Part shown: positions 40,721 through 53,900 of the stretch, piece after piece
Layout: each line of letters opens with the position of its first letter
Numbering within the stretch: position 1 is the stretch's first letter
From: Felis catus
Lineage: Eukaryota
Assembly (NCBI RefSeq): GCF_018350175.1
Contig: NC_058368.1
Location: 22,074,001-22,138,000, forward strand
DNA length: 64,000 nucleotides
Reading direction: 5' to 3'
Program-made: the position numbers and the translations under genes
The notes under the pieces: generated by a model
The model's input: the letters and a program-made list of their open reading frames with translations, nothing else
Told to the model about the DNA's origin: nothing
Database searches by the model: none

Positions 40721-41667
40721 AAGCAGTAGGTAACCATAAATGGAAGAGCACTCCACCCTCACTAAAAAATAAATCATTTTACTTGCTTGATAATTAGTTT
40801 TACTTACTAGTAGAAATACCAGTTCCCTTCTCAAATGGTGAATCCAGCCCATCCTTTTGAGATTCAGCTGAAACATGACTTTTCTAGGAAGCTTTTCCTA
40901 ATCCCACCTGTCCACATGCATGCATGCACAATTCCCCCGCCCCCACTGTTCACGTTGTATTATTATGGAGTGTCTGTACCTTCCTGGCTGGTTCCTGAGC
41001 TCCCTGAGAAGCAGGAACCCTGTCTGTCAAACACAGGGTTCAGAGCCTGCTTGCCTGGCTTCAAGACCCAGCTCTGCCTCTTATTAATTGTGTTACTTTG
41101 GGTAAGGTAATTTGGGTAATTTTGCACCTACTGCAAAATGAAGATATTAATAATACCTACCTCATTGGGTTGTTTGTAGGAATTTGTAAAGATTTGGAAC
41201 AATTTTTTTAGGATAATACCATATTAATCCCTCAGTATTAATTTTTGTCATTATTACTTGTATCCCTAATACCTAACTCAATGCCGTACAATGGTGGTGT
41301 TCAATGAGTATTGGATAAATAGATATATCCAAGAACAGCTATGCTTTTTCTAAATACGTAAGCAAGAGTAACAGCATGATTAAAGTGAACATGGCACAAA
41401 CCTAAAAGAGAAATTGTAAATCTTGATCTAGTGTTGGTTCAGATGCTCTAGACCAGTGATGTCCCACTGAAATAAAAGCCACTGTATAATTTAAAAATTT
41501 GTAGTTAGCTACACAAATAGGTAAAAGGAAACACATGACTCTGTGAAGATACAGAATACCCTCCCTGTCACTTTCCTATAGCTTCACACATCCAAATCAC
41601 AGAAATTCAACTGTCTCTTTTATTCATATATTGTTTACATATCTTCCTTTGAGATTAAGAATTAGCA

Positions 41668-41862
41668 GGGGTGCCTGGGTGGCTTAGTCGGCTAAGTGCC
41701 CAATTTTGGCTCAGGTCATGATCTCATGGTCCATGGGTTGGAGCCCTTCTGTCAGCTCTGGGCTGTCAGCTCAGAGCCTGGAGCCTGCCTCAGATTCTGT
41801 GTCTCTCTCTGTGCCCCTCCCCCACTCATTCCCCCCCTTCAAAAATAAACATTAAAAAAAAT
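41668..41862 (+). mobile_element. Can-SINE
   Basis: TSD aattagca. Confidence 0.9.
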
Positions 41863-42556
41863 AATTAGCAATGTAATCATGAAGTCAAAATTGATTTTCA
41901 TATCCTAAAATTATCAAGAAAATATTTGTGGGATCAACTGGAGTACTTAGATCTAAATGCAAAACATGAAGGGAGAATAATTTTTATTGCCAGCAGTATC
42001 CAAAAGCTTCTAGACCAAAAGAAAATGGCATATTTTTAAACTAAGGAAATGAGCTATTATTATAGTTTGGTTGATCAGAAACTGCAGATGCTGGATGGAA
42101 TGTTAGAGACTCATTAGATGTACCTTATAATAAGTGAAAACAAGAGAGCTAAGATAGTTTATTACAAAACCCGTGGTATCGGCTACTGATCTTTTCTATA
42201 GAATGAGTGATGTAAATGTGTTGAGTAACACTGCTTTGCATTCAGGACATAGTACATAACAATTTGGGAGACTGTGAACTCATTCTCCTTGATCCCTTAT
42301 TTACCTAATTTTTTTCTTTGTATCTAGAGTCACTTCTTGTGTAATTTGGTAGCTTCACAGATGCTGAGGCTGCTGCACCAACCTGAACACCAGCTCTGAG
42401 AGCTCATGCCCCCTCAGATATTTCATACTTGCTGAGTTTCATATTTTTTTGGCAGTAAACCATGAGATGGGAGCACACTGATATATGACTCTAAAATAAT
42501 GAAACTGGCATCTTGGGGAATGTCATACCTTATACATGTGTTTGAAGTTTCTGGTT

Positions 42557-42840
42557 ACATATGATTTCACTCATATGTGGAATTTACAAAACAAAGGGAA
42601 TGAGAAAAGAAAGAAAAATAGAGAGAGACAAACCAAGAAACATACTCTTAATTGTAGAGAACAAACTGATGGTTACCAGAGGGGAGTTAGGTGGGGAAAT
42701 CGGGGAAATTGGAGTTGGGGATTAAGGAGGGCACCTGTCCTTACGAGCACCGAGTGATGTGTGGAAGTGTTGAATCACTATATTGTACACGTGAAACTAA
42801 TATAACACTGTATGTTAACTAAATTGAAATTAAAATTTTT
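42557..42840 (+). mobile_element. Carnivore L1 3'UTR fragment
   Basis: catatgatttcactcatatgtggaattt...gagaacaaactgatggttaccagaggg...gaaactaatataacactgtatgttaact. Confidence 0.85.
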
Positions 42841-43059
42841 GGGGCGCCTGGGTGGCGCAGTCGGTTAAGCGTCCGACTTCAGCCAGGTCACGATCTTGCG
42901 GTCTGTGAGTTCGAGCCCCGCGTCAGGCTCTGGGCTGATGGCTCAGAACCTGGAGCCTGTTTCCGATTCTGTGTCTCCCTCTCTCTCTGCCCCTCCCCCG
43001 TTCATGCTCTGTCTCTCTCTGTCCCAAAAATAAATATACGTTGAAAAAAAATTTTTTTT
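42841..43059 (+). mobile_element. Young SINEC_Fc-type SINE inserted in the L1 tail
   Basis: 19-bp TSD aattgaaattaaaattttt (42822-42840, 43060-43078). Confidence 0.95.
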
Positions 43060-43229
43060 AATTGAAATTAAAATTTTTAAAAACTTACCACAAAGTTTGA
43101 TAAATTTAATGTCCCACAAAATCTTCTTCAGTTTCATGACAGAATAAGTTAAACTTACTGTTTAGTACAAACAATAAGCCCTTCATATAAAAGAGACTAA
43201 TTATTATGACTTTAATGTGAACTAGATGC

Positions 43230-43477
43230 TTTCTTTTTAATATTTATTTATTTTTGCGAGAGAGAGAGAGAGAGACAGAGGAGAGGGAGGAGGGGCAGAG
43301 AGACGGCGGGGGCGGCGGGGGGGGGGGGTGGAGTGGAGGGGGGTGGTCAGAGGACTGGAAGCAGGCCCTGTGCTGACAGCAGAGAGCCTGATACAGGACT
43401 CAGACTCAGGAACCGTGAGATCATGATTTGAGCCGAAGTCGAACACTTAGCTGACTGAGCCACACAGGTACCCCCCA
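43230..43477 (-). mobile_element. Can-SINE with G-run expansion
   Basis: Reverse-complement SINE with a G-rich tract at 43305-43346. Confidence 0.85.
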
Positions 43478-44407
43478 ATGTTCTTACTTTCCACTTTCTT
43501 AATTCCCAGTTGGTAATTATCATCTGTGTGCACTGCTTGCCCTCATTGCATACGTGCACACACACCTCACCCTCAACCCTCTGAGGACCAGGACTGTTCC
43601 ACCCTCCTCAGCCCCTGGACTCTCCTGCTTCAGTTCTCTGTTGGGCTCACTCCTCCCACCTCAGTGGTCCCTGAAGCATGTCCTTGCCTGGTGGGAGAAT
43701 GACGCTGAGCTTCCCCCACCTGTGGCACTCTATGTGAAACTAAAGGGCCCAGTAGTGGAGAGTAGTTGACAGGCACACTGGGAAACGGGGGCCTTGAACA
43801 CCAGCATCCTCCAGCTTCTGGGGACAGGGAAGTCCTCCAGAGAGGCCAGCTGGGATTAGATTAGCATGGCCATTGTGCAGCAAAAGTTGCCCCGTTTCTC
43901 TGTGTCCGCTATGAACTTGACACTTTGATTCTTTATGGGGTACCAAGTGGAGCTCTAAGTATATTTAATCTTTTCCTAAATTATTCTTGCACTCGTAGCT
44001 ACCAGCAAGGCTACCTGAACAAATGACATGAAATGTGTTATTTTGCTACCCACTTAATAGATGAATTAGATCTTTTATTCAAAAGGGTTTATTTGAGAGG
44101 ACTCAAATACTCCATTTTTCTACTCAATTTTTAATTTTCAGAACTAAAGTAGCAAAGTACATCTGTTGTTTCACTTGACCTCCGTATCCCGCTGTGTCTT
44201 TATGTGTAAAGGATGGTGAACTGGGAACCTCCGGGTGGACAGTGTGATCAGCATGGCGTTCAGTACATTGATGCAGAGCACAGCAGCTGGGCCGTGCTGG
44301 CCTAGTGGGCTGGCAATTTACTTTTGAAGCAAGAGAGTAATAAGCAAACCTAAAGCAGAGGAACCGCTGCTGGTGTTACACCCTAATATTTGTTTTCTTT
44401 TCATTAG

Positions 44408-44473
44408 ATTTTTGAAGACTATGAGAAATTGCTTCAGTCTGAGAATTATGTGACTAAGAGACAATCTTTAAAG
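44408..44473 (+). CDS. CAB39L: CAB39L coding exon (66 nt; IFEDYEKLLQSENYVTKRQSLK)
   Basis: Acceptor ttttcattag, donor GTAATA, phase 0-0. Contains the conserved MO25 motif NYVTKRQSLK. Confidence 0.96.
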
Positions 44474-44887
44474 GTAATATCAAATTGCTTAAGTTAGTCT
44501 GTGTTGGTTGATGTCTTGTTAGTAAATGATGGCCTCTTAGTGGACAAGTACATATGGGGAAAATTAAAGTGTCCCCCCCACTTTATTTTTGTAACTTGAA
44601 AAGTATGCTTCATGTTATGACTGTACTTTGTAGCAAAACAGTGTTGTGCCCTGCCTCGACTACTTTTTGGAAGTAATAACATAAAAATAGTAAGTGCATG
44701 ATAAAGTAGAATTTCGTATATTTCAGCTCAGAAAGAAAGTCAAACCTAAGTTAATTTAAATAAAACCACAGTTCTCTCCTAGGGGATATTTTCTGGAGAT
44801 GAAAAGAAATCACTCTTAGCTTGAAACTAAGATCTGAATTACTGTTTATAAGGAAGAAACAGCAAAGTTCTCCTGTAGTTCTCTCTC

Positions 44888-45133
44888 TTTTTTTTTTTTT
44901 TATGTTTATTTATTATTTTTGAGAGAGAGAAACAGAGTGTGAGCTGGGGAGGGGCAGAGAGAGAGAGGGAGACACAGAATCCGAAGCAGGCTTCAGGTGC
45001 TAAGCTGTCAGCACAGAGCCCAATGCAGGGCTTGAACTCACAAACCCAGGGCTTGAACTCACAAACCGTGAGCTCAAGATCTGAGCCAAAGTCCGACGCT
45101 TAACCGCTTAACTGACTGAGCCACGTGGACACC
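44888..45133 (-). mobile_element. Can-SINE with an internal ~20-bp tandem duplication
   Basis: agggcttgaactcacaaacc x2. TSD ctgtagttctct / ctgcagttctct. Confidence 0.88.
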
Positions 45134-45297
45134 ACTTCTGCAGTTCTCTTTCAGTGTATCTTGAAACAGAAACCAAAATGACCGTATTTTTCTTGTACAT
45201 CTATATAATGTAGACTTCGTAGGGTATTTTTCAGAGAAGGGGGGAAGAAAAGGTGACACTGACAAAATATAACACATCAAATGCAAGATTAAAGTTT

Positions 45298-45512
45298 GGG
45301 GCGCCTGGGTGGCTCAGTCGGTTAAGAGTCCGACTTCGGCTCAGGTCACGATCTCGCGGTCCGTGAGTTCGAGCCCCGCGTCAGGCTCTGGGCTGATGGC
45401 TCAGAGCCTGGAGCCTGCTTCTGATTCCGTGTCTCCCTCTCTCTCTGCCCCTCCCCCGTTCATGCTCTGTCTCTCTCTGTCTCAAAAATAAATAAATGTT
45501 AAAAAAAAAAAA
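45298..45512 (+). mobile_element. Feline Can-SINE (young)
   Basis: TSD ttaaagttt. Confidence 0.92.
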
Positions 45513-46285
45513 TTTAAAGTTTCCCTCTAAGTTTATGACATTACTGGAGAAATTCTGAATATATTTTCAATTGAGAGGGAAGACAACTTTCTACTATGAA
45601 ATGGTGCTTATAGAACTGAAACGTTATGCAGCTCGTGGGAAGCACTTACCCCCAGATTTGTAACATATTTTTCTAAAGATTTTTTTTTTAACTGCATTGC
45701 ATTACTGGGTTTCATTCTCTGAGCATTCTTGTTAGTGTTTTACTACAGGTCATTTTTAGAGGTACCTCCACCATTTAACATGTTCAAATTGTATTTCCAA
45801 CAAAGATGCTGAAATATGAAACATGCTTATTCTTTAAGAGTTAAAAGAATAATCTTTAATAAAGTGGCTGTAATAAACAGATATGTGAGAAGACTACCTG
45901 ATCAAGAACACAAAACTGCTTTTCTGAAAATTGCCAGTATTACACCAAAACAGACTCTGGAAAGAGGTCAAAAGATGATATCGCTAGCTGGAAGAGAAAG
46001 TAAAGTCAATGCTCAATTATCTGCAAATAGCTTTAGTTGGATGAATTATTGGGGGTGATGAGAGGGGTGAAAGGGCACTCCATTTGGCCAACAAATATTT
46101 ATGTGCTCCTATTCCTGACATTACGGTGACAGCCAAGAACAAAATGAAGTCGCATCTCAATGGACCTTACATTCTGCCAAGGAGAACAGACAATTGATAA
46201 ATAAACAGATAAATATGTAATTTTCAGGTGATTTTAGAACAGTTATGCAGGGCACAAGGGCAGGAAGTGACGACTGAAGGGATAA

Positions 46286-46322
<37 letters not shown>

Positions 46323-48280
46323 CAGTGGCATTTACTATTGGAGAGCATATCACCTATGAAATACCTGTGCAAGTTTGCTTTCCCTCATGAGGCAGGAAGC
46401 CCAGCAGAGTACAGCCGCCATGTAGTCGGTGAGTGGCTTTCCCTCCTTCAGTGAAACAGTGCCTGGAGGCAGCCATTTGGCCAGGAGGAGGTGGGGCTGC
46501 CCCTGTGGGAGTGGAACATGAGTTAGAGCTGTGTCCCTACCCTTCAGATCTCACTCAGATATTCCAAAGGATGTTTTTGGCAGATAATAATTGGCTGGTT
46601 TTGTCAAGCAGTTTGTATGATTTTGGGGCTTACTAAATATCACCTGTATTATGTTTACATGTTGGGATGACATTAATAGAACAATGTGTTTATTTCTAAA
46701 TACTGAATACAGTTTTAACTAAAGTGATGACATAAGCCCATTTTGTATCACATTTTTGTCAGTTCATTTTACCCATGATTTTGCCTTAGCTGTGACCTGC
46801 CTTCCCCTATATTTGTGCCCTTGCTGCTCCAATGGTACCCATTGATGGAGGGGTCATTGGGATATTTTCAGCCAGTCATTCAGCACCTTTTTATTGAGTT
46901 TCCCCTTGCATGGAAACCCGTACAAGCTGGTCTGTGTAGAAAATATACCATGGTTTCACTGCTCTTTTTCTGGAGCCTGGACTGTTGAGATGGAGCTTCC
47001 GACAAAGGCAGTGACATTATGCCATGCTCTCCCAAGTCCAGAAAGCTTGTTAAAGCAGCTGAAGATAAGGCTGCATCCTGGTGGCTTACCTGTGTAGTAC
47101 CTAAAGAATAGAATTCCCTATTTGCTAAGGCTCCACAACGACGGCCAAAACAGAGGAGCTGCTGCTCTGTATTATAAGAGATCATCGCCCTCGGAGGGAA
47201 GTAGAAATTGAATAGGAACAGAGACAACAGTGCTCTAAGGGGCCAGCATGTAAGAAATAGCTCATACATTTTCCAAATCCTTCCTCTTTTTAGTGAGAAT
47301 CTATGAGACCCTGAACCAAAGTAGCAACATTGGTATGAACTAAGGTGATGGGACTAAAGTGGGATCCAGAAAGCTGAGGGTCATAGACTTTAGAGTTTAT
47401 CTTTGTGCCATTTTCAGCAGTGACAGGAATTCATGATAGAAATTTTTCTGTGATCGACGATCTCTAGAGCCTTAGGTGAAGTTATAAAGCTAACAGTTGT
47501 TCATCCAAACATCTGGGCCTTCTTCCTGTTTTTTCCGTCATGCTACCTTATCATCTCCTACCCATGGGCCCATTGCCCTCATTCTGTTCTCAAGCCCCAC
47601 CTTGTCCTGTCCCCTTGTTAATAGACATAAAGTGGTTAGAGCAGAGCCTAGCTCATGTTAAGGAGTAGATATGTGTTCAATAAAATAAAAATAAATTTTA
47701 TAAGTAAATATTCCTCTCCTGTCCTCAGTGCTCAATCTCTAGAAGGTGGTCTATCCTAAATAAATAATTGAGACTAGGGTATGAATTAGACTGATACCCT
47801 AGTAGATTGCATTTGCATTTGAAAACAGAAGCAGTGGATATGTGATTGGTAATACAAATCTGGTGGGTAGCACAGGGGAGTGAGAAGGTTCATTCTTCAC
47901 TGCTGTCTACTGCTCCCCCTCCCCCCCTCCACTGTTCTGCCCCCTTCTCACGTGGCTCTGAGGCTAGACACCTCTACTCTATTTCCAGCGACACAGGCAA
48001 GGAGCAACCGAGTTTGTATCTGGTATTGAAACTCTCCCTTTTCCACTTGATTGTGCTTCCTACTTTTTCACAGATGCCCCAGTCCATGCAGAAGGCCTCT
48101 TTCCTGTTCTTTATTAATCCAGCCAGATGTACTACATTGGCTGCTACTCTTGCCTAAAATCTTTTATAGTGGAGTATCTCATAAATGTTTTGTTTACAGT
48201 GTGATAAAACTGAGCACTGGTTGGACACCAAAAAAACCAAACCAAAACAAAACGAAAACTAGCAAAAGACATATAAAGCA

Positions 48281-48415
48281 GGGTGCCTGGGTGGCTCACG
48301 TGGTTAAATGTCTGACTCTTGATTCCGGCTCAGGTCATGATCTCACAGTTGTGAGTTTGAGCCCTGCATTGGGCTCTGCCCTAAGTGTGGAGCCTGCTTA
48401 AGATTCTCTCTCTTC
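48281..48415 (+). mobile_element. Can-SINE 5' half (split by L1 copy B)
   Basis: gggtgcctgggtggctca head. Preceded by aaaagacatataaagc, which recurs with one mismatch at 55083-55098. Confidence 0.9.
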
Positions 48416-50893
48416 TTGCTGCACACGTAGAAAACTGATTTGAGGATTAACACAACAATCTGCACAACCTGAACCACAGAACTCAGCAGGTACGCAGCGC
48501 AGAGAGGTGAACTGAGGGAGAGAGAAGCCGCAGAGGGCAGGGAGGTGTTTTTGCTTGTGGAGAGAGGACGGAGACGGGATGGGGGTGGGGTGGGGGGTAT
48601 TATGGAAAAAGCACTCTCCCCCAAAAGCAGTTGGAGAAAAAGTGGGAAAATGGAAACGGCCACAGGGACTGAACTAAAAAGGGAGAAAGGAGAAAGGAGA
48701 GGGTTTAAATTCCATTAAGACTCTCTAAACAGGGGGGAGCGCAGACTCTGAAATTCTGCAGCTCAATACCTGGCAGTGCTCTGGTGAGAAGGGCGAATCC
48801 TCAGGAGCAGAGTGAAGTCAGGGGTCTTCGGGCCACACGGGGAAAGGTGGTTCCCCTGCTGGGGAGGCTGTGCGGCCACCCGGTCCCAGCAGACCCCAGA
48901 GGACAAACACATTCGCTACTCCAGGAACAAGGTCGTTAAAGGTGAAGCCTGGTGCCAGAGGTGTGTTGTGATTTTCCATAATCCCTGAAACGCTGCTGCT
49001 ACACTATTTCGTGAACTTTTTCTGGGGCGGGCTGGCACCTGGCCGCAGTCTCGGGGCACCAGCAGCAGCACAATTCCGCGAAAAGTTCCTGGGTGCAGCC
49101 GGCACCCAGCCATTGCTCGGTGAGATCCTCCCCCAGAGGGTCTGAGCCGGTTAAAAGCCGCAGTCCCTCAGAAGTGAGGAGTCGGGAAACACAGCTGATC
49201 TGAGATAAAACTCAGGAGGGAGGTGCCGCCTGGCAGCCTGAAGGCTTGGTCACAGACAGTGTAAAAGCAGGGAGTGCTCCAGCTTCTGGAGACAAAGGAC
49301 AGGTGCGCGATTGCTGGTCGAGTGGAGCAGAGTTCCGATTTGGAGATTCGGTTCCCGCGTGACGCCATTTTTGCCACTCCCGCGCATGGGCTTACGCACC
49401 AACAGGCACCACAACACTCCACACCAGGAAGCTAAGCAGCGCCATCTAGTGGAGAATGGAGCTGTTACACTAAGCCCCATCCAACTGGGCCAACCTCGCT
49501 GTTCAGAAACACAAGTCTCCACCTGCTTAGATTATGGACTATAAAGTGCTTCATAGTTTGATTGCTAGGGTAAAATGAAGTAATTTGAATCCCATTTCAG
49601 TCTGTTCGCTGGCCCATCTATAAAATTTTCTTTTTTTCCTTTTTCTTCTTTTTCGTTTCTTTTCTTTTTCTTGAATAAAGAGAAAAATATTTTTATTTTC
49701 AATTTTTATTAAAAATATTTTTCTTTAAAATTTGTTTGTATTATATTTTATATTTTTTTTTGTAAAATTTTCAAATTCTACTTTACTTCCATCATTTCAT
49801 TTTATTCTATTTCAGTGTACTCATTTTTTCAGATTTTCAAATGTTTTCCTTTTTTTCTTTTTCCCTTTTTTCTCTAATCTATCAAGCTCCTTTCAACAAC
49901 CAGATAAAAACACACCTAGGATCAAACATCATTTATTGGACTTGGGTGTGTGTGTTGTTTTTAATTTTTTAATTTTAATTTTTTTGCCTTATTAATTCCT
50001 TTTCTTCCTTCAAAATGACAAAACAAAGGAATTCACCCCAAAGGAAAGAGCAGGAAGAAACAACAGCCAGAGACTTAATCAAGAGAGATACAAGCAAGAT
50101 GTCTGAACCAGAATTTAGAATCACGATAATAAGAATACTAGCTGGGGTCGAAAATAGATTAGAATCCCTTTCTATGAAGATAAAAGAAGTAAAAGCTAGT
50201 CAGGATGAAATAAAAAATGCTATAACTGAGTTATAGCAATCTCGAATGGATGCCACAGTGGCAAAAATGGATGAGGCAGAGCAGCCAATCAGTGATATAG
50301 AGAACAAACTTATGGAGACTAATGAAGGAGAAAAAAAGAGGGAGACTAAGTCAAAGAGCACAATTTAAGAATGAGAGATTTCAGTGACTCATTAAAAGGA
50401 ACAACATCAGAATCATAGGGGTCCCAGATGAAGAGAGAGAAAAAGGGGTAAAGGGTTATGTGAGCAAATCATAGTGGAAAACTTTACTAACCTGGAGAAA
50501 AACACAGACATCAAAATCCAGGAAGCACAGAGGACTCCCATAAGATTCAACAGAAACTGACCATCAACAAGACATATCATAGTCAAATTCACAAATTACT
50601 CAGGCAAGGAAAGAATCATGAAAGCAGCAAGGGAAAAAAAGTTCTTAACTTACAAGGGAATACAGATCAGGTTTGCAGCAGAAACTTGGCAGGCCAGAAA
50701 GGAGTGGGAGGATATAGTCAATGTGCTGAATTGGAAAAATATGCAGCCAAGAATTCTTTATGCAGCAAGGCTGTCATTTAAAATAGAAGGAGAGATTAGA
50801 AGTTTCCCAGACAAAAATTAAAGGAGTTCATGCCCACTAAACCAACGCTGCAAGAGATTTTAAGGAGGACTCTCTGAGGTGAGAAAAGATAAG

Positions 50894-50933
<40 letters not shown>

Positions 50934-53900
50934 ACCAAAAGCAACAAATTTTAGAAAGGACCAGAGAACACCACCAGAAACTCCAACTCTATAAGAAACA
51001 TAATTGCAATAAACTTATATCTTTCAGTATTCACTCTAAACGTCAATGGACTAAATACTCCCATCAAAAGATACATGGTAACAGAATGGATAAAAAAACA
51101 AGAGCCATCAATATGCTGGAGACCCTCTTTAGACCTAAAGACACCTTTATATTGAAATTAAGGGAATGGAGAACCATCTATCATGCTAATGGTCGACAAA
51201 AGAAAGCCAGAGTAGCCATACTTATATCAGACAATCTAGACTTACAAATAAAGGCTGACAAGAGATGAAGAAGGGTATTCTATCATATTAAGGGGTCTAT
51301 CCACCAAGAAGACCTAATAATTGTAAACATTTATGCTCCAAATGTGGGAAAACCCAAATATATAAATCAATCACAAATACAAAGAAACTTATTGATAATA
51401 ATACCGTAATAGTAGGGGACTTCAAAACCCCGATGACAGCAAAGGACAGATCATCTAAACCAGAAAATCAACAAGAAAACAATGGCTTTGAATGATACAC
51501 TGGACCAGATAGACTTGACAGATATATTCAGAACATTTCATCCTAAAGCAGAATATGCATTCTTCTCCAGTGCACATGGAACATCCTCCAGAATAGATCA
51601 CATACTGGGACACAAATCAACCCTCAAGTGGTACAAAAAGATTGAGATTATAACGTGCATATTTTCAAACCCCAATGCTATGAGACTCAAAATCAACCAC
51701 AAGAAAAAATTTGGAAAGGTAACAAATACTTGGAGACTAAAGGACATCCGACTAAAGAATTAATGGGCTAACCAAGAAGTTAAGGAAGAAATTAAAAAGT
51801 ACATGGAAGCCAGTGAAAATCATAACACCACAGCCTCAAACCTCTGCGATGCAGGTTCCCATAAGAGGGAAGTACATAGCAATCCAGACCCTCCTAAAGA
51901 AGGAAGAAAGGTCTCAGAAACACAACCTAACCTTACACCTTAAAGAGCTGGAAAAAGAATAGCAAATAAAACCCGAAACCAGAAGAAGACAGGAAATAAT
52001 AAAGATTAGAGCAGAAATCAATGCCATCGAAACCAAAAAACAGTAGAGCAGATCAATGAAACCAGAAGCTGGTTCTTTGAACGAATTAACAAAACTGATA
52101 AACCACTAGCCAGTTTGACCAAAAAGAAAAAGGAAAGGACCCAAATAAATAAAATCAAGAACAAAAGAGGAGAGATCACAACCAACACAGCAAAATAAAA
52201 AAATAATAAGAGAATATTATGAGCAATTATACACCAATAAAATGGGCAATCTGGAAGAAATGGACAAATTCCTAGAAACATATACACTACCAAAACTGAA
52301 ACAGGAAGAAACAGAGAATTTGAACAGACCCATAACCAGTAAAGAAATCGAATTAGGAATCAAAAATCTCCCCAAAAAACAAGAGTCCAGGGCCAGATGG
52401 CTTTCCAGGGGAATTCTACCAAACATTTAAGGAAGAGTTAACATGTACTCTCTTGAAGCTGTCCCAAAGAATAGAAATGGAAGGAAAACTTCCAAACTCT
52501 TTCTATGAAGCCAGCATGACCTTGATTCCAAAACCAGACAAAGACCCCACTAAAAAGGAGAACTATAGACCAATTTCCCTGATGAACATGTATGCAAAAA
52601 TCCTCAAGAAAATATTAGCCAACCGGATCCAGCAATACATTAAAATTTTTTTTCACCATGACCAAGCGGGATTTATACCTGGGATGCAGGGCTGGTTCAA
52701 TATCCGCAAAACAATCAATGTGATTCATCACATCAATAAAAAAAGGACAAGAACCATATGATCCTCTCAATAGATGCAGAGAAAGCATTTGACAAAATAT
52801 AGCATCCTTTCTTGATAAAAACCCTCAAGAGAGTAGGGAGAGAAGGATCATACCTCGAGGTCATAAAAGCCATATATGAAAGACCCAATGCTAATATCAT
52901 CCTCAATGGGGAAAAACTGAGAGCTTTCCCCCTAAGGTCAGGAACAAGATGGGGATGTCCACTCTCACCACTGTTATTCAATATAGTATTGGAAGTCTTA
53001 GCCTCTGCAATCAGACAACACAAAGAAATAAAAGGCATCCAAATCGGCCAGGAGGAGGTCAAACTTTCACTCTTTGCAGATGACATGATACTCTATATGG
53101 AAAACCCAAAAGATTCCATGCTGATCCATGAATTCAGCAAAGTGGCAGGATATAAAATCAATGTACAGAAATCGGTTGCATTCCTATACACCAACAATGA
53201 AGCAACAGAAAGAGAAATCAAGGAATCGATCCCATGTACAATTTCACCAAAACCCATAAAATACCTAGGAATAAATCTAACCAAAGAGGTGAAAAATCTA
53301 TACACTGAAAACTATAGAAAGCTTATGAAAGAAATTGAAGAAGACACAAAAACACGGAAAAATTTTCCATGCTCCTGGATAGGAAGAACAAATATTGTTA
53401 AAATGTAGCTACTACCCAAAGCAATCTACATATTGAATGCAATCCCTATCAAAAAAACACCAGCATTCTTCACAGAGCTAGAACAAACAATCCTAAAATT
53501 TGTATGGAACCAGAAAAGACCCTGAATAGCCAAAGCAATCTTGAAAAAGAAAACCAAAGCAGGAGGCATGACAATCCTCCTGAAGCAAGGATTGCCTCTT
53601 GAAGCAAGACTTCAAGCTGTATTACAAGGCAGTAATCATCAAGACAGTATGGTATTGGCACAAACGCAGACACACAGATCAATGGGACAGAATAGAGAAC
53701 TGAGAAATGGACCCACAAACGTATGGCCAACTAATCTTTGACAAAGCAGGAAAGAATATCCAATGGAATAAAGACAGTCTCTTCAGTAAGTGGTGCTGGG
53801 AAAACTGGACAGCAACATGCAGAAAAATGAACCTGGACCACTTTCTTACACCATACCCCCAAACACACTCAAAATGGATGAAAGACCTAAATGTAAGACA

